Shown: positions 24,986-36,623 of the stretch, piece by piece
How positions within the stretch are numbered: position 1 is the stretch's first letter
How the letters are laid out: the number at the start of each line of letters is the position of its first letter
From: Macrostomum lignano
Taxonomy: Eukaryota
DNA length: 64,000 nucleotides
NCBI GenBank assembly: GCA_002269645.1
Contig: NIVC01002707.1
Span: 84,274 to 148,273, forward strand
Direction: 5' to 3'
Translations under genes and position numbers: made by a program
Notes under the pieces: generated by a model
Told to the model about the DNA's origin: nothing
The model's input: the letters and a program-made list of their open reading frames with translations, nothing else
Database searches by the model: none

Positions 24986-27900
24986 TCAGGCCAAGTCGCA
25001 CACGCACTGGCTAACAATGAGGGCCGCCTCGCTGCCGGACAGGCAAATCTCGGCCAGATAGTCCGAATAGCCGGACACGAATAGCCTGGCCGGCTGGGCG
25101 TGCCTAAGCAGATTTCGCAGAGCCAGGGCCGCAGTCAGCCTGATGTGCTTCGTCACCGGGCCCTCCCGGCTGGACACTGACGAACCCGATGGCGAGGAGG
25201 CTGCGGCAGCGGCCGCCGCGGCGGCAGCGTTAGCAACCACTTCGCGAGCGGCCAGCCGGTGGATGGCGTGCCTGGCCGCATCCTCCGGCAGTCGCAGCAT
25301 CGCCGGCTGGTTGGCATTCTTTCCTTCGTTGGCAATTGACGCCGAGGAAGACGACGGCGATAGGGCTACGGCGCGGCGACGCTGAAGTGAGGCTTGGAGA
25401 GCTCGCTCGGAACAGTGCGACTCCTGCACGTGGGCCAGCAGGGAGTAGGCCCGCGCGGCGTGGGATCGCAGCCGCGCCACAGGCAGCGGCATTGGTAGGA
25501 CTGGCCGCTGGACTGGCCGCTGTCCCGCAGGTGGCGGGTGTAGACGTGGTGCAGCACTCGGGCAGGCGTGTCGCCGCAATACCAACAGCCGTCCCATTCG
25601 CACAGGAGGCCCAGCGGAGGCTGCTGCGGAGTTGACGGCGGTCCGACAATGCGAATCAACTGCTGCTGCTGCTGTTGCTGAGGCTGCTGGGAAGTCGGCT
25701 TAGGCTGGGAGTCGTGACCGTTCGGCAGGATGGAAACGGAGGCGCCGTTAGGCAGAGACGGATGATGCCCGTTGACTAAGACCTGCTGCCGCTGCTGCTG
25801 CTGTTTGGCCTTGGCGGCGGCTTCGCCCGGCCTGAGGTGGTTCAGCACCCGCTCGATGACGGCCTCGTGGCCCAGCACTGCCGGGCTGTCCGCTGCGGCG
25901 CTTGGCGAGGCCGCGGAATCGGCGACGGCGGTGCTGGCCGGATCGCTCGAGCTGTTGCTGCCAGTCGCCTGCGGTTCCGACGCGGTCATCAAGCGCCCGC
26001 CGGCGGCCGCCGCTGATGAAGAATCGTCACTTGAGGACACGGACGAGCAGGAGTTTCGCCGGCGCGGCTGCCTCTGCTGCTGCTCCGTCTGCTTCTGGCG
26101 TTGGTCCTGCTTTTCAGTCAGAACTTTCTTAGTCGGAGTAGAAGCTTCTTCTAGCACCAGTTTCGAGTTGTCATTGTCCATGGTGGGCGCGGCCGGCTGC
26201 TGGACAATGGACAGCCCGCCGTTCTGCAGCTCTGGAGCGGCCGAGAAGCCCAGGTCGCTGGGGAGATTTAGAGGGAGGGGGTTGATTAGGGTGTTGTTAT
26301 GGTTTTGGGATTGAGTGGATTAAAAGGCTCCTGATTTGGCGGTTTACTCATGCCTGACTAGGGTAGAATCTTACTCTTACTGGGTAAATATTCTCACGCC
26401 TAATTAGATAAGATTCTCACGCCTAATTAGATTCTCACGCCTAATTAGATGAGATTCTCACGCCTAATTAGATTCTCACGCCTAATTAGATGAGATTCTC
26501 ACGCCTAATTAGATAAGATTCTCACGCCTAATTAATTGAGATTCTCACGCCTAATTAGATAAGATTCTCACGCCTAATTAATTGAGATTCTCACGCCTAA
26601 TTAGATGAGATTCGTACGCCTAATTAGATAAGATTCTCACGCCTAATTAATTGAGATTCTCACGCATAATTAGATGAGATTCTCACAGTCACACACCTAA
26701 TTAGATGAGATTCTTACACCTAATTAGATGAGATTCTTACACCTAATTAGACGAGATTCTCACACCTAATTACATGAGATTCTCACGCAAAATTAGATGA
26801 GATTCTCACGCATAATTAGATGAGATTCTCACGCAAAATTAGATGAGATTCTCACGCATAATTAGATGAGATTCTCACGCATAATTAGATGAGATTCTCA
26901 CGCCTAATTAGATGAGATTCTCACGCATAATTAGATGAGATTCTCACGCATAATTAGATGAGATTCTCACGCATAATTAGATGAGATTCTCACGCATAAT
27001 TAGATGAGATTCTCACGCATAATTAGATGAGATTCTCACGCCTAATTAGATGAGATTCTCACGCATAATTACATGAAAAATGAAAATGTCACGCATAATT
27101 AGATAGCGTGAGCAAAAAAACGCAGCAACAAAACACCGCTAAACCCGCTCACCCAAGCAGCGAGCAGAAGTCGGCGAGCGTCAGGAAGGGCGCCCCGTTG
27201 AACTGAGCGGCGAAGGCGCGACCGCAGTCGGCATGCAGCAGAGACAGCCTGTGCGGTCCCGGCGTCACACGGCGACTGCGCAGCCACCAGACGATGTAGT
27301 CGCGCAGATTAGGCGGCTGCTGAGCTTGAATATGATTAGACTGCTGTTGAGACTGTCGGACAAGAGCAACTTGCTGTTGCTGTTGTTGCTGCTGCTGCTG
27401 AGGTGGCGGAGGCGGTGGAGGCGGCATGCCGCAGTCGTTAGGTGCACCCACTGCAGCAGCTGCCGTCGCCGCCGCCGCCGCTGATGCAGCCGCCGCAGCC
27501 GCAGCAGAAGCAGCCGGAGTCGAACCGGCCGCGGCGCCGGGACCCTGGAAGATCTTGATGCCGACAATGCCGGCGCTGCCAACCTGGGAGGCCTCGAAGG
27601 TGAGCAGCGACAGCAGGACGCGAAGCAGCTCCGGCGAGGGCGAACACAGCCGGGTTGAACAGTCGCCACCGACGCCTGACAGCCGATTGGCGGCCTCCAG
27701 GGCTGCCAGCATCAGTTGAAGATCCTTCAGGAGCAGCCAGGCGGCGAGGTTGTCGGCAAGATCGGCGGGCAGAAGGTCGATGTCTGACTGAAGGCGCTGC
27801 CAGTTGTCGGGCTGGCTGGCTAGGCAGCAGAGCAACTCGAGACCTGGTGAGTTTTTAAGCAATTTTCCAACTAATTTTTCTACTAACTGCCAAACTGACC

Positions 27901-30900
27901 TACTCAAATCAGTAACAATGCAAGCATTTTTACTGCAAAATTTAATTGAGTTGCAAAATCATCAATAAACAATAAAGCCATCCGTCATTTTTGTGCTGGC
28001 TTTTTTTCGCTAAACTCATAATCAGTCAAACTTTCATATAGAATTCGAAATTTATGATACTTGACCTCCGCTAGATGGCTCCCCATCTCAAATGCCAGGG
28101 GGCCGCTGACCCCCTTGACCTCCTACATAGCTCCCCATATCAGATGTCAGAGGGCCACTGACCCCCTTGACCTCCTACATGGCTCCCCATCTCAGATGTC
28201 AGGGGGCCGCTGACCCCCATGACCTCCTACATGGCTCCCCATCTCAAATGCCAGGGGCCGCTGACCCACTTGACCTCCTACATGGCTTCCCATCTCAAAT
28301 GCCAGGGGGCCGCTGACCCCCTTGACCTCCCACATGGCTCCCCATCTCAGATGTCAGGGGGCCGCTGACCCCCTTGACCTCCCTCATGGCTCCCCATCTC
28401 AGATGTCAGGGGGCCGCTGACCCCCTTGACCTCCCTCATGGCTCCCCATCTCAGATGTCAGGGGGCCGCTGACCCCTCTGTTTAAGTAAGGAGTGATATG
28501 CTGTGCTGAATTGGCATTCCTTCAGCACACAAAACTGGTTAATTCTTTCCAACGATCCCACAGACTCACCCCGCACAATCAACTGCCGATCCTGACTGCC
28601 TAGGCACCGCCGCAGCAGCAGCTGCATTGCCGTGGCCAGCCTGACCGAGTGCAGAACAATCGGCAGCGAGGCCAGCGAGTCCAGCGCCAGATGCTGCAAA
28701 GTGGAGTGCCGGCTGGCGGCGCACAACAGGAGGAGGCGCAGGGCTGGCGGCGAACGCGTCAAAGCGACGGCATTTGGCCGATCCTCGAGCACCAGGTTGC
28801 GCAGCGCGGTGACGATTAGGACAACACGTTGGCCGGCGAGATCGCGCAGGCCCAGATCTGCGGTGAGATTCATCAGCCGCCAGACAGGTTCAGCGTCGGG
28901 GATGTCGACGTTTTCGACGGCGTCAGAGTCAGACTGATCGTGCGACAGCCAGGTGGGAGAGAGCAGATTGCGAAATTCGCTGTCCCAGACCGACTCGTAC
29001 CAGAACTAAAAAACATTGGGAAACAAAAAACACTGATAATTTTGCATCAAGCTACTTTTAATGAGTAGCACTATTTGCATATAAAAAAGCAAATGAAAAA
29101 CAACAAACTTACCCGTAGCATGTTTGTCTTATTTTGGCTCAGCCACTCTTGCATCAATGGAAAATACGATCGAGGGCCTAAAATTAAATGGTATTTCATT
29201 GGTTGTTAACATCGCACTCATCAGTTTACAGAGATCAGTGAACTCCAGTTGCAATGAGTTTTTAGAAAACTGCCACTGGTAATCAGTAATGCCATACATG
29301 CATAAGCCCTTCAGGTCCATCAGTAATCTGCCGCTAACCATTCAGAGGTCTGCCACTGCTCCCACTGATCCTTCAGTGATCTGCCACTGCTCCCACTGAT
29401 CCTTCAGTGATCTGCCACTGCTCCCACTGATCCTTCAGTGATCTGCCACTGCTCCCACTGATCCTTCAGTGATCTGCCACTGCTCCCACTGATCCTTCAG
29501 TGATCTGCCACTGCTCCCACTGATCCTTCAGTGATCTGCCACTGCCCCCAACTGATCCTTCAGTGATCTGCCACTGCCCCCACTGATCCTTCAGTGATCT
29601 GCCACTGCCCCCACTGATCCTTCAGTGAACTGCCACTACCCCCATTGATCTTTCAGTGATCTACCACTACCCCCACTAATCCTTCGGTGATCTGCCACTA
29701 CCCCCCCCCACTGATCCTTCAGTGATCTACCACTGCTCCTACTAATCCTTCAGTCAGTGATTTGCCACTGCCCCCCACTGACCCTTCAGTCAGTGATCTG
29801 CCACTGCCCGCTACTGACCTTTCAGCCAGTGATCTTCTAGTGCCTGCTACAGACCCTTCAGTCAGTGATCTGCCACTGCCCGCTACTGACCTTTCAGCCA
29901 GTGATCTTCCAGTGCCTGCTACAGACCCTTCAGTCAGTGATCTGCCACTGCCCGCTACTGACCTTTCAGCTCAGCCAGTGATCTGCCAGTGCCCGCCAGC
30001 CATGCCCCCAAACTCACCAGAATCGAACACCCCAGCGTGAGCGGCCAGCAGTTCAAGAATTCTCGGATTGGACATCAGCTGGAATCCACCAGGCTGATAA
30101 GACATCAACAGGCAGGCATTGATGGCAAAGTCAACTTCGTTTGGCAGTCCGCACAGCAGCGCCTTCTCCATGGAAGCCAATTCTGTGGAGTCAACTAAAT
30201 CGCAGGACAAGCCCCACTGCTCGCGCATATGCGCTGCCAGTATGTGGCTCTGCACATTGTAGACAGCTGGACAGGCCATTTCGCCTGGTACAGCGGTGCC
30301 AGCAGCCGCCGCAGCCGCAACCGCCGCGGCATTGGAGGTCTCCGATGCGAAACTCTGCGAACGCTTAACTCGAGACGAAATCGACATCGACATTGACGAT
30401 TCGGCGTCGTTGCTATCTTCGTCGTAGGCGGGGCGGACAAAGCCGGACAGATCTTTGTCCGGTTCGTGCTGGTGATGCTGCTGATGCCGTTCGAAGGGCT
30501 CCAGATAGCGCAGGTACACTTGTCTAATAGCCATCTCTGCGTTGGCGCAGTACTTGTACAGGCCCATGGACTCCAGGACACGGTACCAGTCCTCTGCATC
30601 GTTCACCTGATATTAGATAATAAAACAATGAGAAAACATGATAGATATTGGATAATAAAAGTTCCTTGTCATCTGAATTAGCTGATGACCTAATTTAAAG
30701 CGGGATTCTGTCCGGATAATGGGACACTTCGCCCCTATTGGGGGCAAAGGGGAGGTGCCGAGTTGCAGAGAAGATAAATGGGAGGCTAGGAGATTCTATA
30801 AGAGAATTCTGTAGTAGACTTGGCCTTTCGGGCGATTCAGGCAGCCCCCCCCCATCGAAGGTCCTGCCCGTCGCCCGACGTTGAGAAACTCAGAGCCCTG

Positions 30901-31578
30901 TGTGGGTCGTCTTGTCGCTACGCACACAGGGACGGATCTCTGGGGGGGAGGGGGGTCAAGGGGTCCCGCTGTCCGAGACACTTAAAAAGATTCTACCATA
31001 TATTTATGGGCCTATTTATCTAAGTTCTGCCACTTAAAAAGCGACCCCCACACAGTCAAGCAAACGCATGAATTCAAATAACGCTACCAACTCACCCGTC
31101 TGTAGCCGCCAAGAGACGCTACCGTATTATACAGGCGCAGAAAGTCGACCCGTCTGCCAAGCACCACCGGTGCGTGCAGGAAGGGTGTTCTAAAAATAGT
31201 TTTGTTGAACAAAAATGATTATTTAACCAAGTACAGCTTAGGTCAGAAGTACAGGAGGGACGGCGGCGGCGGCGGAGCAAGCGGTGGGAAGCCCCGGAGC
31301 CGGTCAAGAAGTTATTCAATTTATGATTACATATTAGTACCATAAGCCTCACGGATTCGCCAACAGTATTTAGCGATAGTGCACTTACAGGCATACACGG
31401 GGAGAAGTCAGTGTCAATCAGAAGGTATATTTTCAACATTTCAATTTGTTACTCACTTTCTGGCGTAATGAAAATCTCTCAATTTCGTGGCGAATGCGTG
31501 CCGATCCTGTTCTGTTGCCATAGCAACTGGTTCGATTGTCGACGCCGAAGACGCGGCGGCGAGTTTGCGTTTACTCAT
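24986..31578 (-). CDS. ARID2: ARID2/BAF200 (PBAF subunit), 7 exons, about 1089 aa, with an apparent 1-nt frameshift
   Basis: Exons 31457-31578, 31096-31189, 30018-30606, 29113-29177, 28570-29005, 27153-27843, 24986-26257. All introns are GT-AG with matching phases. ARID domain (AFATKLRDFH...LGGYRRV...YLRYLEPFE), LLCGLPNEVDFAINAC, two C2H2-type zinc fingers and C-terminal EGPVTKHIRLTAALALRNL match ARID2. The summed length is one base short of frame, with the break near 25453. Confidence 0.9.
26390..27105. repeat. 23-bp minisatellite in an ARID2 intron
   Basis: Unit CTAATTAGATGAGATTCTCACGC, about 30 copies, built from two palindromes. Confidence 0.95.
28070..28480. repeat. 52-bp minisatellite in an ARID2 intron
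   Basis: Period 52 (GCCGCTGACC at 28361 and 28413), about 8 copies. Confidence 0.93.
29345..29990. repeat. 31-bp minisatellite in an ARID2 intron, changing to a 69-bp higher-order repeat
   Basis: Unit CCCACTGATCCTTCAGTGATCTGCCACTGCT. Variant dimers occur at about 29760-29970. Confidence 0.92.
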
Positions 31579-34046
31579 CAAGGCTTGACTGGACAAGGGA
31601 AAAAAACAATTTTTAAACTGGATTTTTGAATTGCTGGTAAACGGTGAGAGTAACTATGATCATCTTAACATACGTAAATGCCTCGTCATCTAATTAGTTG
31701 TGTATGTAAATCTATTAGTACAATAGTGCTGTTTTTTAAACAAACCGCGCATCACTAAGATCTGCTAGGTGCGACTGACAAACTTTTTTATCCATTCAGT
31801 ATAATAAGGAGCTTGGCCACCTCAAAGCAAAGCGGTGGCTGCAAAAATTGCACCTCGCAAAAGTAAGCGAGACGCGCATGGTCGCAATGACCAAAGTTAT
31901 AAATATGGGGTAGGCAATCTTGTCCTCGGTAGGTCCTCATCAGACAAGTTGACTCCCCTGGCAAAGACGGTAAAGAGCTTCCTAGCAAAGTTCCGGCCAA
32001 CTTCAAATATGAAAATATTTAAGGGCCTATTAATTGAAACCTCATTTTCATAAAATAAATCATTTTTGGCTGAAATTCTTCTTGAGAATTTTCGGACAGT
32101 ATGCAACAGCCACACTATACGCGTTTTAGCATTGCCAACAAACTGCTTGATTGGGAAATTCTGCTTTTAACACCTGTCTATTAGTGTGCCAGTAGATTGA
32201 AGACTTCAAATTCAAATAAGCGATCAGATTCAGACTTGTAGAAAAAACTAGACTACTATTATTTGATAGAAACTTCGGTAGAGTATACAGTAGACTATAT
32301 TTTTGTATTTGTAAGATTTAATGTCCATAATAGCTAATGATATCAGTATTAGTGTTCAATCAACTTTCCTACCTCTTCAAAGCTAAAAATAAAATTACTA
32401 CACTGCCGCCGCGTGTTGGGCAAGCCGCCCAACTACTAAAACTGTGTTCGTGTTGTACAAATTTGCGCTGTTATACTGTAAATCTAATTTATCCTAAATT
32501 TAACAGAATATCCACACAAGTCGAATAATAATATTAGAAGTTAGAACTGCACTATAAATAAAAACTTACCGATTGTGCCAAATTCGATTTGAATCGAATA
32601 TCTTTGCGAAAGACGGTTTGTTTTAAAACAGAGGTTTGCAGTTTGCATCCATCTACATGTATGCGTAGCTAAGGAAAAAACAAAAGAGCTACTTATCAAA
32701 AAAGCAAGTAAATCTTCCAAGTAAAAATTGCTACTCGCAATGCTGGGATTTCGACACGATCTTGTATGAATGAATCCTGTCAATTTATAAGCACACAAAA
32801 TGCTTCAGTAGAAGAAAAAATATTAGCCTGTATAATTCAGGCTTGATTCCAGCCAGAGAGTGTGGCCGGCCTTGCTGAGGTGGGTGTGTGGAAATCAGCC
32901 AGTCCAAGGCTGTGTCCCGGGCGCGTATAGGGTGAAGGAGGTACACAGGCCACTGAATAAGCGAGTGTTGCACACAGGCTGACTGGCCTCGTTGGCTGTA
33001 TCTGCTAAGTCTGAACACCGCGTATGAGACTAAAGCAACGGCTTTAGCTAGGAGGACAGAACTAGCTGTGTGGCTTGACTGAATCTTTCTCTGCTTCTCT
33101 TTTCGTGTGCGCAGCAGAGGCTAGCAGAAAGCCTAGCTAGACGCTAGATAGGAAATAGGCGGTTTCTCCGCTAGGGCTTTAGGCTCTGGGTGAATATGGC
33201 TTGGTCCTATACTACTGCCCTGCTTTCCTTTCTATCGAGGTTCTGCCTTCCCTCTCTGTCCCCAATCGTTCTCCAGTCCTTCGTGTGTACAGTGGGGGAC
33301 GGACGCGGAATGGGGTGGGTAAATGCTATGGAGAGGGGCGCGAGCGAATGAGCGGGCGGGTGAGGAAGGAACAGGAACAGATAGACTGAATGGAACAGGG
33401 CTGGGTTGGAGGGTAGGTAGTGAGTCAAATGGAAAGGCTTGCTATTGATTAGTCACGGGCGTATATACAAATGCAAGGGCATGGAATGAATTTAAAGGAA
33501 AAAGAACCCTAACTAAAATGGCATTGCGTTTTTCTAGGCTAGGCCAAAGAAAGGTTGATCAATTCACTTCACTTGCCTGTTAGTAGCATGATAAGGTTAA
33601 ATAAAAGTCGTAAGAAAGCTAACTATACACCAGTGTAATTTGGTATGGTCGATGAATAAAGACTCACCAATACTACTGAGTAATTGAAAATCCAAGAAAA
33701 AAAACTCAGCTTAGTCTTCAGCTTAGGATTATGGAGAGTGATTAGATAAAACAACAGCTTTGATAAGACTGGACAGCTTGTATGGAAAAGAAAAGTTAGC
33801 TTCAAAGATTGTCGGGCCAGAACCATAGACTAAAGAACTTCACAATTGATAGAATGATTTTGAATATCGATTGGCGGTAGAATGGCCATAGATTTTTCGG
33901 GATAGCATCTACAGTTACATGTCGGCATTGAAATTTTATTCGGTTCTCAATCTGTTGGTTTGGCCATAGCTAGAACATAAAGCTTGTAACTAAGTAGCTA
34001 ATCTGCAGACTGACCTATTTTTCTTTAGGATTGATAGTTGTGGCCA

Positions 34047-34288
34047 TAGCTAAATATAGAATACCAAATATAGAACGCAGCTGAAGCCGATTTTACAAAG
34101 ATCTACTTTTGGCCATAGACATCAGCACCTTGATTCTGCAGTGCTGTTTTCTTCACTGAAAGAGGCTTGCAGTGCCACAATAAAAGCTGCATGAGCTGTC
34201 ATAGTCTATGGGCCAAAATTAGATGCCCCGCCGATCGGTAAAATCGGGTTCAGCTGCGAAGGCTGCTTTGGAATTTTATATTTAGCTA
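34047..34288. mobile_element. Fold-back MITE-like palindrome
   Basis: Nested inverted repeats: TAGCTAAATATA/TATATTTAGCTA, GCAGCTGAAGCCGATTTTAC/GTAAAATCGGGTTCAGCTGC and TTTTGGCCATAGAC/GTCTATGGGCCAAAA. Confidence 0.65.
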
Positions 34289-34407
34289 GATAATTTAGTA
34301 TTCTCTGGTTATATCTTACACTCAGCAACATTGAAAAGTGTCCACGTCTGCACAAAAGGCTACACTAGCTGAACGATTAATAGGGATTGAAAAGTTCTTC
34401 AATTATG

Positions 34408-34848
34408 TTTGGGCCATAGACAATCAAAATAAGGCAACAAAGAATGAACAGCGAAACAAGCAAGTCCATGCCCATTTCCACGCTGTGTACATGTCTAAAG
34501 CATAGCCATTATCATGGGTATAGATAGCAACCACAGCATCCAACAGACCGCTCACTCGTCGAGTCATTCCCAAACAAGGCGCCGCAGAAAGTATTGTGGA
34601 AGCTGTTGCCACGCGACTGAAAGCGCATTGCGCAGCTGGACCATGTCTGGGGGATAGAGATTGTTACAACTAATCGTGCGCTTCAGGAAATCCCACGTGC
34701 TCAATCGGGTTCATATCCGGTGATCATGGACGGCCAACGCAAAGTGCGCCAATCAGTCATTTGGCGGACTATCGTTGTCACCAGATATGACACCAGATAT
34801 CGGTCTTTACTTTCCTGCCCTTTTTTGCTCATTTGTCTATGGCCCAAA
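34408..34848. mobile_element. MITE with 16-bp TIRs
   Basis: TTTGGGCCATAGACAA at 34408 and its exact reverse complement at 34833-34848. No clear TSD. Confidence 0.6.
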
Positions 34849-35461
34849 ACCAATTGGCAAAACCATCGATTGTGCTGCCCATGGACCCTTGGCGCAAGGG
34901 TGGGAACTTTTAAATGTTGCTGAGTGTACTTCCAATTCATGCCCAAGATCATATATACAGAATATACAGAGTACACTCCCGTGTGAGTGTGCGTATGACT
35001 GCGTACGTATCAAGGACCACTGTATATAGCAGAACGTAAAACTCAAAGATCGTGTAAATTTTAAGTTGATTTCCTGTAAAAAATACATGTACACTGCGGA
35101 GATAGAAAATCATTTTTTCATATCCGTGCGCTTGTCTGCCTGCTCAGGGGAGTCGGCGGAATGGGCAGGCAGTAATGCCTCTCGCCGGTTGTGTGACAAA
35201 GTCGCTTAAAGTGCACCAGGGTGCACAGCTAGAGCTCCCCTACCTCTAATAAAAAACGCGAATGCGACCCGTCACCGCGCCTACTGCTTAATAAAAGAAC
35301 AAACAATCAGAAACTAAGTCGCTGTTTATTAATTATTCGATGAGGAAAAAATCGCGATTTTAAGTATTTTATTATATTGTTTCGGCTATTTTAATCGTAT
35401 AAGTGGGGTAAGATTGAAGCAAATAATAATAATAATAATAACTAACAAAGCTCATTTACTA

Positions 35462-36019
35462 TACCTTTTTACGTTCTATTTGATAAAAACTGCAACCAAT
35501 TTGGCCACGGCTCAGCCTGACCATAGACATAGAATTTTCCATAGACAGCCACCGCCAGCGGCAACCAATCTGGTAAAAACTGCGAGCCATTTTGCCAGCT
35601 TGAAGATAGCAGCTGCTCTGATGGCGAATCGTGGGCCGTACCAAAAGATAAGTCAGCTGGATCGAGAGCGAATCGTGAGAGCGTACAAGAGTGGCGACGA
35701 CTGGGGAGAGCTTGGCAGCTTGGCATCACGCCTCTCAAGTGCCTGCGCTGGATCAACCATTCCCAGACGTACTTCAATCGGTGCTTGAATGCTGAGGACA
35801 TAATGTTCTGACTTCGTGCATGTACTCGTATTGTTAACATTCTTTATCGTTATTGTTATGCTATTGAGCTGCTATCTTCAAGCTGGCAAAATAGCTCGCA
35901 GTTTTTATCAAATTGGTTGCCGCCAGCGGTGGCTGTCTATGGAAAATTGCTGCGGCTGAGTCAGGCTGAGCCGTGGCCAAATTGGTTGCAGTTTTTATCA
36001 AATAGAACGTAAAAAGGAA
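35462..36019 (+). mobile_element. Non-autonomous Tc1/IS630-like deletion derivative with long TIRs
   Basis: About 160-bp TIRs (58 bp perfect from 35464), TA on both flanks (35460-61 and 36020-21), and an internal truncated HTH ORF from ATG 35621 (MANRGPYQKISQLDRERIVRAYKSG). Confidence 0.8.
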
Positions 36020-36623
36020 TATTACATAGACTTAAAATATTTATGAAACATTCAGTGCCTGTTGCTGCTATCAAAGAAAAATCGGCAGCGAGTTGAAAAC
36101 AGTAATTAGCAAACATAAATATATAAATCAGCAAAATGTTGAAAAAGTTTTCTATAATGAATAAAATAGCTAATGCCATGCCAAGCTTGATCTGTATTGC
36201 GACTAAATAAATCAACAAAACTTCAGACTGTTGGGTAAGAAAGCTTCTTTAAGAGAAATACTTCTAAATTTACCGGTATTTAAAAAGTGCGTCACTAATA
36301 ACAATAGCAGCTTTGAAATTGTGCACCGCCTGTGAATATGAAAATCGGTGTTTTTATAGCATTTTTTTCTTTAGATTTATTTTTAGGAAACTTGACAGTG
36401 GACAGTTACAGTTGGGCAATAGTTGTAAGGGAATTCGAGATGCCAAAGATAACTGGCTATCTATTTATTATACCAAACAGGATGAACAGGACAGGTGGGA
36501 AATAAACAGCAAGCGGAGTCTAAGGAACACCAAACACCCAACAAGACAAAAGCTGGACAAAAACCGCGATTAAAAAATCCAATCAACACGGACGCATTCC
36601 GTGTCCAGCGCTCATCTTCCGCT

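Noticed and set aside
29129-29341. 70-aa ORF as an ARID2 exon
   Set aside because: The real exon is 29113-29177 in a different frame (GPRSYFPLMQEWLSQNKTNMLR), which fits both neighbouring phases and homology.
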